Assembly (NCBI GenBank): GCA_963681965.1
Contig: OY820579.1
Location: 2,336,001 to 2,400,000 of the forward strand
Origin: a bacterium
GTDB lineage: Bacteria > Electryoneota > JAOADG01
DNA length: 64,000 nt
Direction: 5' to 3'
Shown here: positions 48,092 through 59,700 of the stretch, piece after piece
How the letters are laid out: every line of letters begins with the position of its first letter
Position numbering within the stretch: the first letter of the stretch is position 1
Program-made: the position numbers and the translations under genes
The notes under the pieces: model-generated
The model's input: only the letters and a program-made list of their open reading frames with translations
The model's database searches: none
Told to the model about the DNA's origin: nothing

Positions 48092-50176
48092 ATGAAGACT
48101 CGAATGTCGATCCTTGTATCGGTGTTAGCAATGTTATTGCAATACCAGCTCAGTTTTGGATTTGGAGTAGCGGTTGTTTCGGCACCAAACAGCACTTGTA
48201 TGCACTTGGATTCGGTTATTGTCCAAACAACGATTGAAAGTCAAATTGCGATCACAAAGACTACGCAATATTTCCGTAACACGACTTCATTCCGATCCGT
48301 TAGTTACGGTTTTCCATTAGGCGAGCAAGCAAGTGCGACTTCTCTAAGGTGGCGTATTAACGGAGAATGGTGGACGGCAAGCATCGCTGGAACGAGTCAG
48401 GACACAACATTGCCCGGTGGTTCGACCGGTGACATACTGACCAACTATCTTGGGGCTACTCCGCTATTTTTTCCGATTCCACAACAAGTACCCCGCGACA
48501 GCTCGCTTGTGGTTGAGTTAACCTATGTCGAACTACTTCCCTATTCAATGGGAATTGTCCGATATTCCTATATCAGCGATTATCATACAATTCAATCGAC
48601 TCCGATTGGTTACCAGCAGTTTGATTTGCATTTACGATCGCTTCGGACAATCGACTCAATCTGGTTGGCGAATACTATTCCATCGGCAGAAGTTGCGAAT
48701 TATCACGATAGTGCTGCCGTTTTTTACTCTGCTAGCAATATCGTTGCATCGACCAATATGGTTGTTCAATATACTCTGAATGCAAGTCAATTGGGTTTGT
48801 TCGGATATAGCACGCTACAACCGGACTCGCTTGTACCAGATTCGCTGGGAAGAGGATTCTATACCTTTATCGCTGAACCAAGTCCCGATGCATCTCATCA
48901 GTCGATTTCGAAGGTATTCACATTAGTCATCGATCGGTCGGGAAGTATGTTGGGAAGCAAAATTCAACAAGCGAAAGATGCGGCAACTTATATCTTGAAT
49001 AATCTGAATCAAGGCGATCGGTTCAATATCATTGATTTCGATAATGTGATTACTCCATTCCGCAGTGCTCACATTCCATATTCTACCCAGACTCGCGATT
49101 CGGCAATTACCTATATCAATTCGTTGACTGCGCGCGGAACTACAAATATTTCAGGTGCGTTGGGGGTTGCAGTCTCACAATTTGCCGCAGCAAACGACTC
49201 AACGGCAAATATTATAATTTTCATTACTGACGGTCAACCTACCACTGGTTACGTCAATTCTACACAGTTGGTAAACTATATCGATCGCCAAGTGTCACGA
49301 GCGGCAGATAACATCAATTTATTCTGTTTTGGCATCGGATCGGATGTGAATCAGCAGATCCTTACATTAATCTCGATGCACAATCGCGGAATCACTCAGT
49401 TTGTCAATGAATCCGATCTTTGTACACAGGTCACTTCATTTTATCAGATCATTCGTAATCCGGTATTGATCAATCCGCATATTGAGTTTACACCCAATAT
49501 CGTTTCCGAAACGTATCCTGCGGTTTTGCCAAATCTCTATCGAGGTTCGCAAATGATCGTATCCGGTCGGTATCCTTCTGCCCAGCCGATAACGATTACA
49601 CTGTCGGGTACGGCGTATGGCGTGCCGGTATCGTATACCTATCCACTGGTGTTGTCGGCATCGTCCGATCCGGAAAATCTGTATTTGGAAAAAGTGTGGG
49701 CGAAGAAAAAAATCGAGTCGCTGCTCATCCAGTATTATGCGCAAAATCGTAGTTCGGATACCGCGCTGACACTCCGCGCGCAAATCATTCAGATCAGTCG
49801 ATCATACGGTGTTATCAGTCCATTCACCAGTTTTTCGGGTGGAAGTACCCCGGTCGATGAAAAGCCCGGAACAAGCACAGTTGCGACGCCACAATCGTTT
49901 TCGCTATTAGGGAATTATCCGAATCCGTTCAACTCCACTACTAAAATTCGCGTGCAGTTGAATGTGGCAGTCCACGGTTTTGTGGAAATCCGGATTTACA
50001 ATATTCTCGGGGAATTAGTTCGGACATTGCGATTCCAAGCGAATGGCAGTGGTATTTATTCCGTGAATTGGGATGGTCATTCCGATTCGGGTAAACTAGT
50101 ATCTGCCGGAGTTTATTTATACGCGATCGATTGTCAAAACACTCTACTTGTGGGAAAAATGAATTTACTCAAGTAG
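48092..50176 (+). CDS. Secreted VIT-vWA protein with T9SS/FlgD-type C-terminal domain
   Basis: GGAGG RBS. VIT (QIAITKTTQYFRN..FPL), VIDRSGSM, GTTNISGAL, FITDGQPT, FGIGSDVN, VISPFTSF, NYPNPFN. Confidence 0.9.
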   Translation: MKTRMSILVSVLAMLLQYQLSFGFGVAVVSAPNSTCMHLDSVIVQTTIESQIAITKTTQYFRNTTSFRSVSYGFPLGEQASATSLRWRINGEWWTASIAGTSQDTTLPGGSTGDILTNYLGATPLFFPIPQQVPRDSSLVVELTYVELLPYSMGIVRYSYISDYHTIQSTPIGYQQFDLHLRSLRTIDSIWLANTIPSAEVANYHDSAAVFYSASNIVASTNMVVQYTLNASQLGLFGYSTLQPDSLVPDSLGRGFYTFIAEPSPDASHQSISKVFTLVIDRSGSMLGSKIQQAKDAATYILNNLNQGDRFNIIDFDNVITPFRSAHIPYSTQTRDSAITYINSLTARGTTNISGALGVAVSQFAAANDSTANIIIFITDGQPTTGYVNSTQLVNYIDRQVSRAADNINLFCFGIGSDVNQQILTLISMHNRGITQFVNESDLCTQVTSFYQIIRNPVLINPHIEFTPNIVSETYPAVLPNLYRGSQMIVSGRYPSAQPITITLSGTAYGVPVSYTYPLVLSASSDPENLYLEKVWAKKKIESLLIQYYAQNRSSDTALTLRAQIIQISRSYGVISPFTSFSGGSTPVDEKPGTSTVATPQSFSLLGNYPNPFNSTTKIRVQLNVAVHGFVEIRIYNILGELVRTLRFQANGSGIYSVNWDGHSDSGKLVSAGVYLYAIDCQNTLLVGKMNLLK

Positions 50177-50220
50177 AGCAATAGTATTTTTCTTTGTTCC
50201 AATTTAATCACGTAGTGAAA

Positions 50221-50255
50221 GAACAACCGGTCTGAAGATCAAGACCGGTTGTTCT
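50221..50255 (+). terminator. Hairpin/terminator downstream of the VIT-vWA gene
   Basis: GAACAACCGGTCT-loop-AGACCGGTTGTTC perfect 13-bp stem; weak U-tract. Confidence 0.6.
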
Positions 50256-50767
50256 CTGATTATATCTTGATTCATATGCAAAAAGCATTTGAGATTGGAT
50301 GAAAAAGATGTCGATTGTGACTGTTGATGCCCTACTATCGATAAAAGAACTCGATGAACCGCTGAAAACCGGTCATCCGGACAAGAATAAGTTCAGCATT
50401 TTCCCGAAAGTTTGTAGTAGACATTGTTGCGACACTATGTCTGCTTATTGGCAGTAGATTTCAACTATTAATAGTAAAAATATCGAGATAGCGCTTGAAC
50501 ATTATAGTGAATTTGACTACATTAAGGCGCTGTTAATAATCTACCACAATCATTTTATTTGATTGGCAAATAGTATCGATGTCATCTGGTGACGATACAA
50601 TTTCATATCCCCTGTTTTTTATTCAATTTCGTGCAGAGTGAAGAATCGATACCCTTTCCATACGTAGTTTTGCCTAGATTTTGAAATTCACTGCTTGAAT
50701 TCTCAAGCCACATTTTTCTATCCTTCTTTACCGATGATCGCAGTACCTCAACAACCGGAGGGTTTTT

Positions 50768-53700
50768 ATGTATCGTTTGATTACAGTTTTGCTGTTTCTG
50801 GCATTCATAGCGGGTGTTGCACTATCCAATCCGGTATATATGGGATTGAACACCTTCGATGTGAATGGTGAAATCATATACGAAATCATGTACAACGGTT
50901 CACCGGTTCCGAGTGGAAATCTGGTACAGGTAATCCGTCCCAACGGTACACTACATCCTCCAGTCACTACTGCCGATAATTTAGGCGCTCCCTCCGGCGG
51001 CGATATCGTTAGTTCAATATTCGCGATGGGTGATGGTGCCAGCGATCAAGCGGGCGTCTTTGCAACAATTCTGTATGGACAATCGGCAACTCCGACCGAT
51101 ACGCGAACTCCGACATCGTTAAATGTTGGATCGCAATTTTACATTCGCGTTTGGGCTGATGTCGTTGCCGCTGCCGAACTTCCATTTACCGGCGGAACGC
51201 ATTACGCCGACGGCGGTCCGTACACTGTTCCTGCAACCGATTCCGATCTGTGGGATATTCAGGTCAATCCCACTTCCGCCATACCAACTTGGTCGACTTG
51301 TGGTGTTGCGCCAGCGGTAATTTCGGTACGGGAAGTATCGGGAGGGGTCATCGTCGATCCACTCAATTTCGGATCTACTCTCATCAATACTTCGATCAAC
51401 CATACGATTCGAATCTCTAACAACGGCGGTTCGACATTATACCTCGCCGGAGCATCGACAACCGGTGATTATTCGAACGGTACTGTTACTAGTTCGATTG
51501 CCGCGGGTGGTTATTCCGATGTCACGTTGACGTTTACACCGACCGTATCCGGTACTCGAACCGGTACTTTTAGCTTTTCCCATAATGCCGCAGGAAGCCC
51601 CTATTCGTTAAATCTGACCGGAGCCGGCAACAATCCTACCTTGACCCTCACTCGTCCGCGCGGCAGTGAGGTCTATGTGATCGGACAAGTAGATACGATC
51701 AAATGGTCGCAATCGGATTTAACCGGTAACGTATCAGTCGAACTCAATACCAACTACCCCTCGGGTATTTGGACATCGCTCGGAACGGTTGCCGCATCGA
51801 CCGGATATGTGACATGGACGCCACTGGTTTCTCAGACATCGGCTGGCAGTGCACGAATTCGCGTAACCTCAATCAACATTCCCGCAGTATGCGATACCAG
51901 TGACGCTAATTTCGGAATCTACACCGTGCCCACGGCGCTCAATCTAGGTGTAGTTTCCTATTATCCATTTAACGGTAGTGTAGCCGACAATTCCGGATTT
52001 AGTAACAACTTGACTCCGTTATACATGTCTTATACGACCGATCGATTCGATCGCGCCAGTTCTGCCGCTTCGTTCAACGGTTCTACGACCCGCACATGGA
52101 ATGTCAATCCGAGTTTTGTAGTTAATCGATCGTCTTCTTTTACCGTATCGACTTGGGTCAAATTCAATACAACTACCCCAACTCAGACGATCATGCTGCT
52201 AGGTCCTGCAACAACCGGTTACATGGATCTAATTTTGGATCTGAATTCCACTGGTACACTTCGCTGGGCTGCGACCAATAATGTCGACCCGGCGATCAGT
52301 GTCCAATCCGGTATTGCAGCAGGGCTATGGAACCATGTAGCAGCCGTGTACGATCAGGGTAAACTCACACTATATATCAACGGCACATCGGTCGGCACGA
52401 TCAATTATACCTATACGGCATCAACAGCGACCGCATCGCCGATGACAATCGGAGCTTACTATTCCGGAACTGCTTCAAATCATCTAAACGGAGTGTTAGA
52501 TGAAATGCGGATGTACAATCGCGCGCTCACTCCCAGTGAAATTGGCGGATTATCTGCTCAAATATTGGTCACGAAGCCGAATGGAAGTAATGTGAATGTG
52601 GTCGGTCAGCCCGATTCTGTCAAGTGGTCGCAACTCGGCGTGACCGGAAACGTCTATATCGAATTGAATACAAATTACCCCTCGGGTTCTTGGACGTCAC
52701 TTGGAACGGCTGCGGCTTCAACGGGCTATTTGCTCTGGACACCGCAATCGAGTCAAGCTTCGACGACTGCGCGATTCCGTGTGACTTCGGTAAACAATTC
52801 ATCGATTAGCGATACCAGCGACGCGAATTTCAATATTTATACGTTACAACAAGCTTTAACGCAGGGATTGGTAGCCTATTATCCGCTAAATGGTAATGCG
52901 CTGGATTATAGCGGGAACGGTTATACTGGCGTTGCATCCTATACGTCCAATACCACTGACCGATATGGTTCGTCAGTTGGGGCATTTGCATTCGATGGTG
53001 CATCCAGCTACGTGGATGTTCCCAACTCAAATGCGATTAGTTTCCAATCGTTAACGGTATCCGCCTGGGTAAATCGAATCGGTTCTTCTACGATCATCAC
53101 AAAAGATCGTGTCGGTCCATCGGGTGATTACACTTTTGTATTCGAAGTGTCCTCGACTGGAGCCGTTTCGATGACCGTCCGACTATCCACTGGAACTTCG
53201 CTGACGCTTAATTCAGTGTCAAATATCAGTACCAATACATGGTATCACCTGGTTTCAACGTACGACGGTACTTCGATTAAGCTCTATATCAACGGTACTC
53301 TTAATACATCAGTGTCGACAGGAAATGGTTTGAGCGAAGCTACAACACGAAGCTTCTCAATCGGTAGTATTAAGTACACCACGGCGAGTCATTCTAACTT
53401 TTTTAATGGTTCGATCGACGAAGTCCGCGCTTACAATCGTGTCCTTAGTGCTGCTGAAATCACGGCATTGTATCAAGGTGTCGGTGTTTCCCGACCAAAT
53501 GGCGGAGATGTCTTCGTTGTCGGTCAGCAAGACTCAATCAAGTGGGGACAAACGGGTGTAACCGGGAATGTCAATATCGAACTCAATACGAACTACCCCT
53601 CGGGATCCTGGACGTCGCTGGGAACTGCTGCCGCATCGACCGGATATATGACATGGACACCGCAACTATCCCAAATTTCAACTACTGCGCGAATTCGAGT

Positions 53701-56700
53701 TACATCGGTGAACAATTCGGCAGTTGGCGATACCGGTGATGGCAATTTCGGTATCTACACCGCACAAATGGCAATCAATCAGGGACTGGTGGCGTATTAT
53801 CAACTGAATGGCGATGTAACTGACAACTCCGGTCAAGGCAACAATCTGACTCCGTCATCCATCACCTACACCACTGACCAAAACGGGATAGCGAGTTACG
53901 CAGCATCATTCAACGGTACTTCCAGCTATGGTCTGAATACTAATCCGAATTTCGTTTTCAGTTACAATTCTCGATTTACCATTTCGTCCTGGGTGAAATT
54001 CAACTCATCAGCGACTTATCAAGCACTAGGTTGTTTTGGAAATAGTGCCACCAATTCATTTTTCGGCGCACTGGAAAAATTCAGTACCAACATTCGCTGG
54101 GCTGTTGGAAAGAGCGGTGTTCTTACCGCAAGTGCGACCTATCCATTCTCGAATATTACACTCGGTAATTGGTATCTCATTACCGGTGTATATGATAATG
54201 GAGTCGTTTCACTATACGTAAATGGTAATCTAGTGAGTTCGACGTCATTTTCACTGACGACTACAGTTCCTACCGCGACTCCAATTGCGATCGGTAGTTA
54301 CTACTACTCCAGCACCAGTACAGTTGCCAATTTCCTCAACGGCTCGTTGGATCAGTATCGAATCTACAATCGTGCACTCTCGTTATCGGAAATCTATACC
54401 CTATTCCGAAATCTGAATGTGAGTCGTCCGAATGGGGGCGAAATTTTTGTCATCGATCAAGCGGATACGGTGAAGTGGGTGCAGACTGGTCTTACCGGTT
54501 CGGTCAACGTCGAATTGAATACGAATTATCCATCGGGTTCATGGACTTCGCTAGGTACTGTGGCGGCATCGACCGGATCTTTAGTCTGGACGCCGCTAAT
54601 GTCACAGGGTTCGGCAGGTCTGGCACGAATTCGCATTACCTCAGTAACATATCCGACAATAGGCGATACTAGCGATGCGAATTTCGGAATCTATACTGCG
54701 CAAACAGCAACCAATCAGGGGTGGATCGGAAATTATCCGATGGATAATACGATGTACGATTATTCACTCTACGGCAATCATCTTTCGTCGACGAACCTGA
54801 GCTATACTACCGACCGCTTCAACCAAACTAATTGCGCCGCGTCGTTCAATGGTACATCGGGTTACAGTCGTCGATCCAATTTCAGTTACGTATTCAATAA
54901 ACCTTCGACATTTACGGTCTCGACTTGGGTCAAATTCAATACGTCGACACCGACTCAAACCATTCTGCATCTTGGAAATGCGACGACCGGATATCTCGAG
55001 CTGGCACTGGATCTATATTCCACTGGAGTATTACGCTGGGCTGCAGCAAATTACAGCGATCAGACAATAAGTGTGCAATCGAATATTACTGCCGGTCAGT
55101 GGAATCATGTCGCTGGTGTATACAATCAAGGTCAACTCACGCTTTACATCAACGGTTATTCCGTCGGCACAACGAGTTATCCCTACAATGCAACAACATC
55201 GACATCCACACCATTGACGATTGGTGCTTACTACTACGGCGGATTTCCGACCAATTTTATGAATGGTGCATTGGATGAAATGCGACTATTCAACCGCGCA
55301 CTAAGCGCAGCAGAAATCAGTTATCTGGCGACTCAAATATATTTGACGAACCACAATGGCGGCGACGTAAACGTGGTCGATCAAGCGAACTATGTCGAAT
55401 GGCGGCAAAGCGGGATCACGGGCAACGTTACAGTTGAACTGAATACGAATTATCCATCGGGCAGTTGGACAGTGCTGGGTTCTGCTGCGGCATCCACCGG
55501 TTATTATATTTGGACACCGTTATCCTCTCAACTTACAACGAATGCTCGAATTCGCATTACTCCGGTTAACTATCCCTCGATGTGCGATACCAGCAATGCA
55601 AATTTCGGAGTGTATACGCTGCAACAGGCACTCCAAACCGGATTACTGGCATATTATCCGTTCTCGGGGAACACCAGCGATGCCAGTGGCAACGGTTTGA
55701 CTGCGATCAACCAGGGTGCGTCATGGACGACCGACCGCAACGGTGTTGCGAACAGTGCCTTCAGTTTCAATGGTTCCTCCAGTTATGTCTATGCCGATGT
55801 CGGATCGGCATTTTCGGTATCGCAAGTTTCGATCTCGGCGTGGATCAAATCCACTGGTCCCGGAACAACCTCGCCTAGAATTGCGGCAGTGGGTCCTTTG
55901 AACAGTACAGCTCAAAACTATGGATTACTGCTGGAGGGAACCGGCAGTCCGAGGCGATTGTGGTTCTACACCAACTCCAGCGTGACCGATGTTTTCAGTG
56001 GGTCGGTATTTACCAATGACAACCTCTGGCATCATGTGGTATCGGTTTACGACGGATCCACAGTATATCTCTATCTCGACGGTTCGATGATTGCTGGTGC
56101 GATTACCACAGGAGCCATACCGACCTTTACGTCGCGCCGATTGCAGATCGGGCGATCAGACTACCCCACCGACGCTTTTCAAGGATCGATCGACGAAGTG
56201 CGGTTCTACAATCGTGCACTCTCCGACGGGGAAATCAACGCGCTGTATTCCAGTATTGCAATATCCCGTCCCAATGGCGGCGAAGTCTTTGTTGTCGGTC
56301 AAGCTGATTCAATCAAGTGGGTAAATAAGGGATTAACCGGTTACGTTTCGGTAGAATTGAACACGAATTATCCATCCGGTAGTTGGACCTCGCTCGGAAC
56401 TGTGCTGGGTACCACTGGATATGTTACGTGGACACCGCAAGTATCGCAGCTTTCAACGAATGCGCGCATTCGCGTCATGTCTACATCGTATCCATCGATT
56501 GGCGATACCAGCGATGCGAATTTTGCTGTGGTCACGCAGAGCTCGATGCGGTTTGATGGTGTCTCTTCCTACATTGACATTCAGAATTTAACTATCTTGA
56601 ATCAGCTTCCATTAACATTGGAAGCATGGGTGAAACCGGAAGATGTGGGATCGAGTATCAACTACGCAAACAATATTTTATCCAATGATGACCGATTGCA

Positions 56701-59700
56701 TTACTCTGTCGGGTTTGGCGTGAACTCCAACTCAAGCCAGTCTTATTTTAATTCGAATTTCCATGATGGCGCTCGTCAATCACAGTTATCATTTCCAGTG
56801 GGACAATGGAAACACGTTGCGATTGTCTACTCATCAGGAAACGTATCTTCGTATGTCAACGGTATTTTGTATGAAACCTACAACTTCACGCAATTGATAC
56901 CAGATGCCCTTACCGAGCTTTTTATCGGTCGGTACAACCCTGGCACAACCGAAAGTGTCACGCTCTTCAAAGGTCAGGTTTCTGATGTCCGTGCTTGGTC
57001 TACGGCTCGAACGGCTCAACAGATTAGAGAGAACTACAATCGGCGTCTAACCGGTATGGAATCGGGATTAGTCGGTTATTGGCCCCTTTCAGGATCTACC
57101 GGAAGTCCAATCTCCGATCTAGCCAGCACTCACAATGGAATTAATTATGGTGCAGTAGTTGTTGGAGATGCTCCACCTCTTTTACCACTTAATTTAACTT
57201 CGCCCAACGGAGGTGAGGTACTCATTGCTGGACAAACGAATGCGATCAACTGGCTGCAAACAGGTCTAACAGGCAATATAACGATACAGAAGTCGTTGAA
57301 TTATTCGACATCCGGTGGATCGACTTGGACAAATATTGCTACTGTTCCAATTAACGATTTGACGCATACTTGGACACCGGCAATCTCCGATACAAGCCGC
57401 ACTGCTCGCATACGCATTACCTCGGTAACCAATCCGACTATGGGGGATACCAGCGAAGCGAATTTCGGGATTTATTCAGTACAACAAGCGGTGCAGCAGG
57501 GATTGGTTGCATACTATCCGTTGAATGGGAATGCGACCGATGCCAGCGGGAACGGGCATACGGGAACGGTGAATGGCGCAACACCTTCCAATGATCGATA
57601 CGGCACTTCGCAAAAAGCGTATTCATTTAATGGAAGTAGCAATGACATCGATTTGGGCAATCTCGGTGCTATTGATAATTATTCGGTAAGTATGTGGTTC
57701 AAGAAAGGAATAGCGAATAACTACATTCCCGGAGGCGTTGCAGGTTCCGGAAGCGAAGCTCATTTGTTTGGAACTCAAAGTACAGTTCTCAATAACTATT
57801 ATAAGTTTGGATTTCATGAGAGCTATCGGGATCGACTCTATTTTGCATTATCACCCACTTTCGGTAATGTGGTGGCATGTTATTCAAACACTTCGATAAC
57901 TGATGCCAATTGGCATCACTTGGTTGTTGTTCGAAATGGTTCAGTGTTGACGCCGTATCTCGATGGTTCGGTAATGACTTTAACTACACTGGGTTGGTCA
58001 AGCGGAGATGTGAGTGGAACTGTCGCAACCGGAACTGTGACAAAACTAGGAACTATTGGTGGAGCAACTGATGCAAAATTTAATGGTTCCATCGACGAAA
58101 CCCGGATTTATTCACGCGCACTTACATTAACCGAGATTTCGGCATTGTATCAGGGCATCGGCATTTCCCGCCCGAATGGCGGCGATGTGTTCGTTGTTGG
58201 ACAAACCGATTCAGTCAAATGGGGACAATCGGGAATTACCGGTAATGTGAATGTCGAATTGAACACGAACTATCCAACCGGCAGTTGGACATCGCTCGGA
58301 ACGGTTGCCGCATCGACCGGATATATAACGTGGACGCCGCTACCGGCGCAACTTTCATCGACGGCACGGATTCGCATTACTTCGGTGACGTATCCGACGA
58401 TTGGCGATACCAGCGATGGGAATTTTGGCATCTATAACGTACAGCAGGCGGTGCAACAAGGCATACTCGCATATTATCCACTGAATGGGAATGCGAACGA
58501 TGCCAGTGGAAATGGGCACCACGGGACTCCAGGTGGTGATTTAACCTCATCCGCGAATAGCTACGGAACTTCAAACTCGGCTATGCACTTTGATGGAAGT
58601 AGTGCAAACATTACTGTTTCTTCTACTACAGGGTTAGATGCAACAAACATTACAGTAAGCGCTTGGGTAAAGCTCGATCAATATACTGGAGATAATGAAA
58701 CAGTTGTCGCTAGATGGCATGGTGGTGCAGAAGTGTTTGCTCTAGAAATTGACCCTACGAATCACCCACAACTAGTGACGAATATTAATAGTACACATAT
58801 TTTAGCCACATCATCGTCTACACTCCCATTAGGTACTTGGGCTCATTTGTGTGGAACATATAATGGGCAAATGGTATCACTTTATGTTAACGGGGTGTTA
58901 CTTTGTTCATCTCCATTTTCTGGAGCATTCGCTCCATCTACATCTCCCCTGATGATTGGATCGCAATACGCTGCTTTGGATAGGAACTGGACGAACGGTT
59001 CGATCGATGAAGTGCGGTTTTACAATCGCGCTTTGAGCGCTTCGGAAATTCAGAATCTCTACATCGGAATGGGCATTTCCCGACCCAACGGTGGAGAGAC
59101 ATTTACAATTGGAATACCCGATACGTTAAAGTGGGGAAGTACCGGAATCACCGGGAATGTCCGAATTGAACTAAATCGCAATTATCCGTCGAGCACGTGG
59201 GATACTTTGTTTGCCAGCACTCCTAACGATGGCAGCGAGCTTTGGCAACCATCCGGAACAGTGTCATCAACCGCACGGATTCGAGTGACGTCGATTGCCA
59301 ATCCCACGGTTGCCGATACCAGCGATGCGAATTTCACCATCGTACTCCCACCGTTGGTTGTAACTAGACCCAATGGCGGTGAGATTTTTGCGATCGGTAT
59401 TCCCGACACAATCCGGTGGACACAATCCGGTATCGTCGGAAACGTCTCGATCAAGCTTAACACCGCATACCCGGGTGGTTCCTGGACGACACTCGCCACA
59501 GTCGCAGCGTCTCAACTATATTACGTTTGGACACCGACCGCACCGGTATCTTCGAATGCACTGGTTGCCATTACCTCAGTGAATAATAGTGGAGTAACCG
59601 ATTCATCCAATACAATATTCTCAATCGTCCAGCCCAGTTTGACCGTTTCGCGACCGAACAATCTCGATACGATCTATATCGGGAATATGGATACGATTCG

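Noticed and set aside
50563-50700. Riboswitch (c-di-GMP-I-like) in the leader of the giant gene
   Set aside because: GGCAAA and small hairpins are present, but the GAAA tetraloop/GCAAAG consensus is not. An Infernal/Rfam scan is needed.
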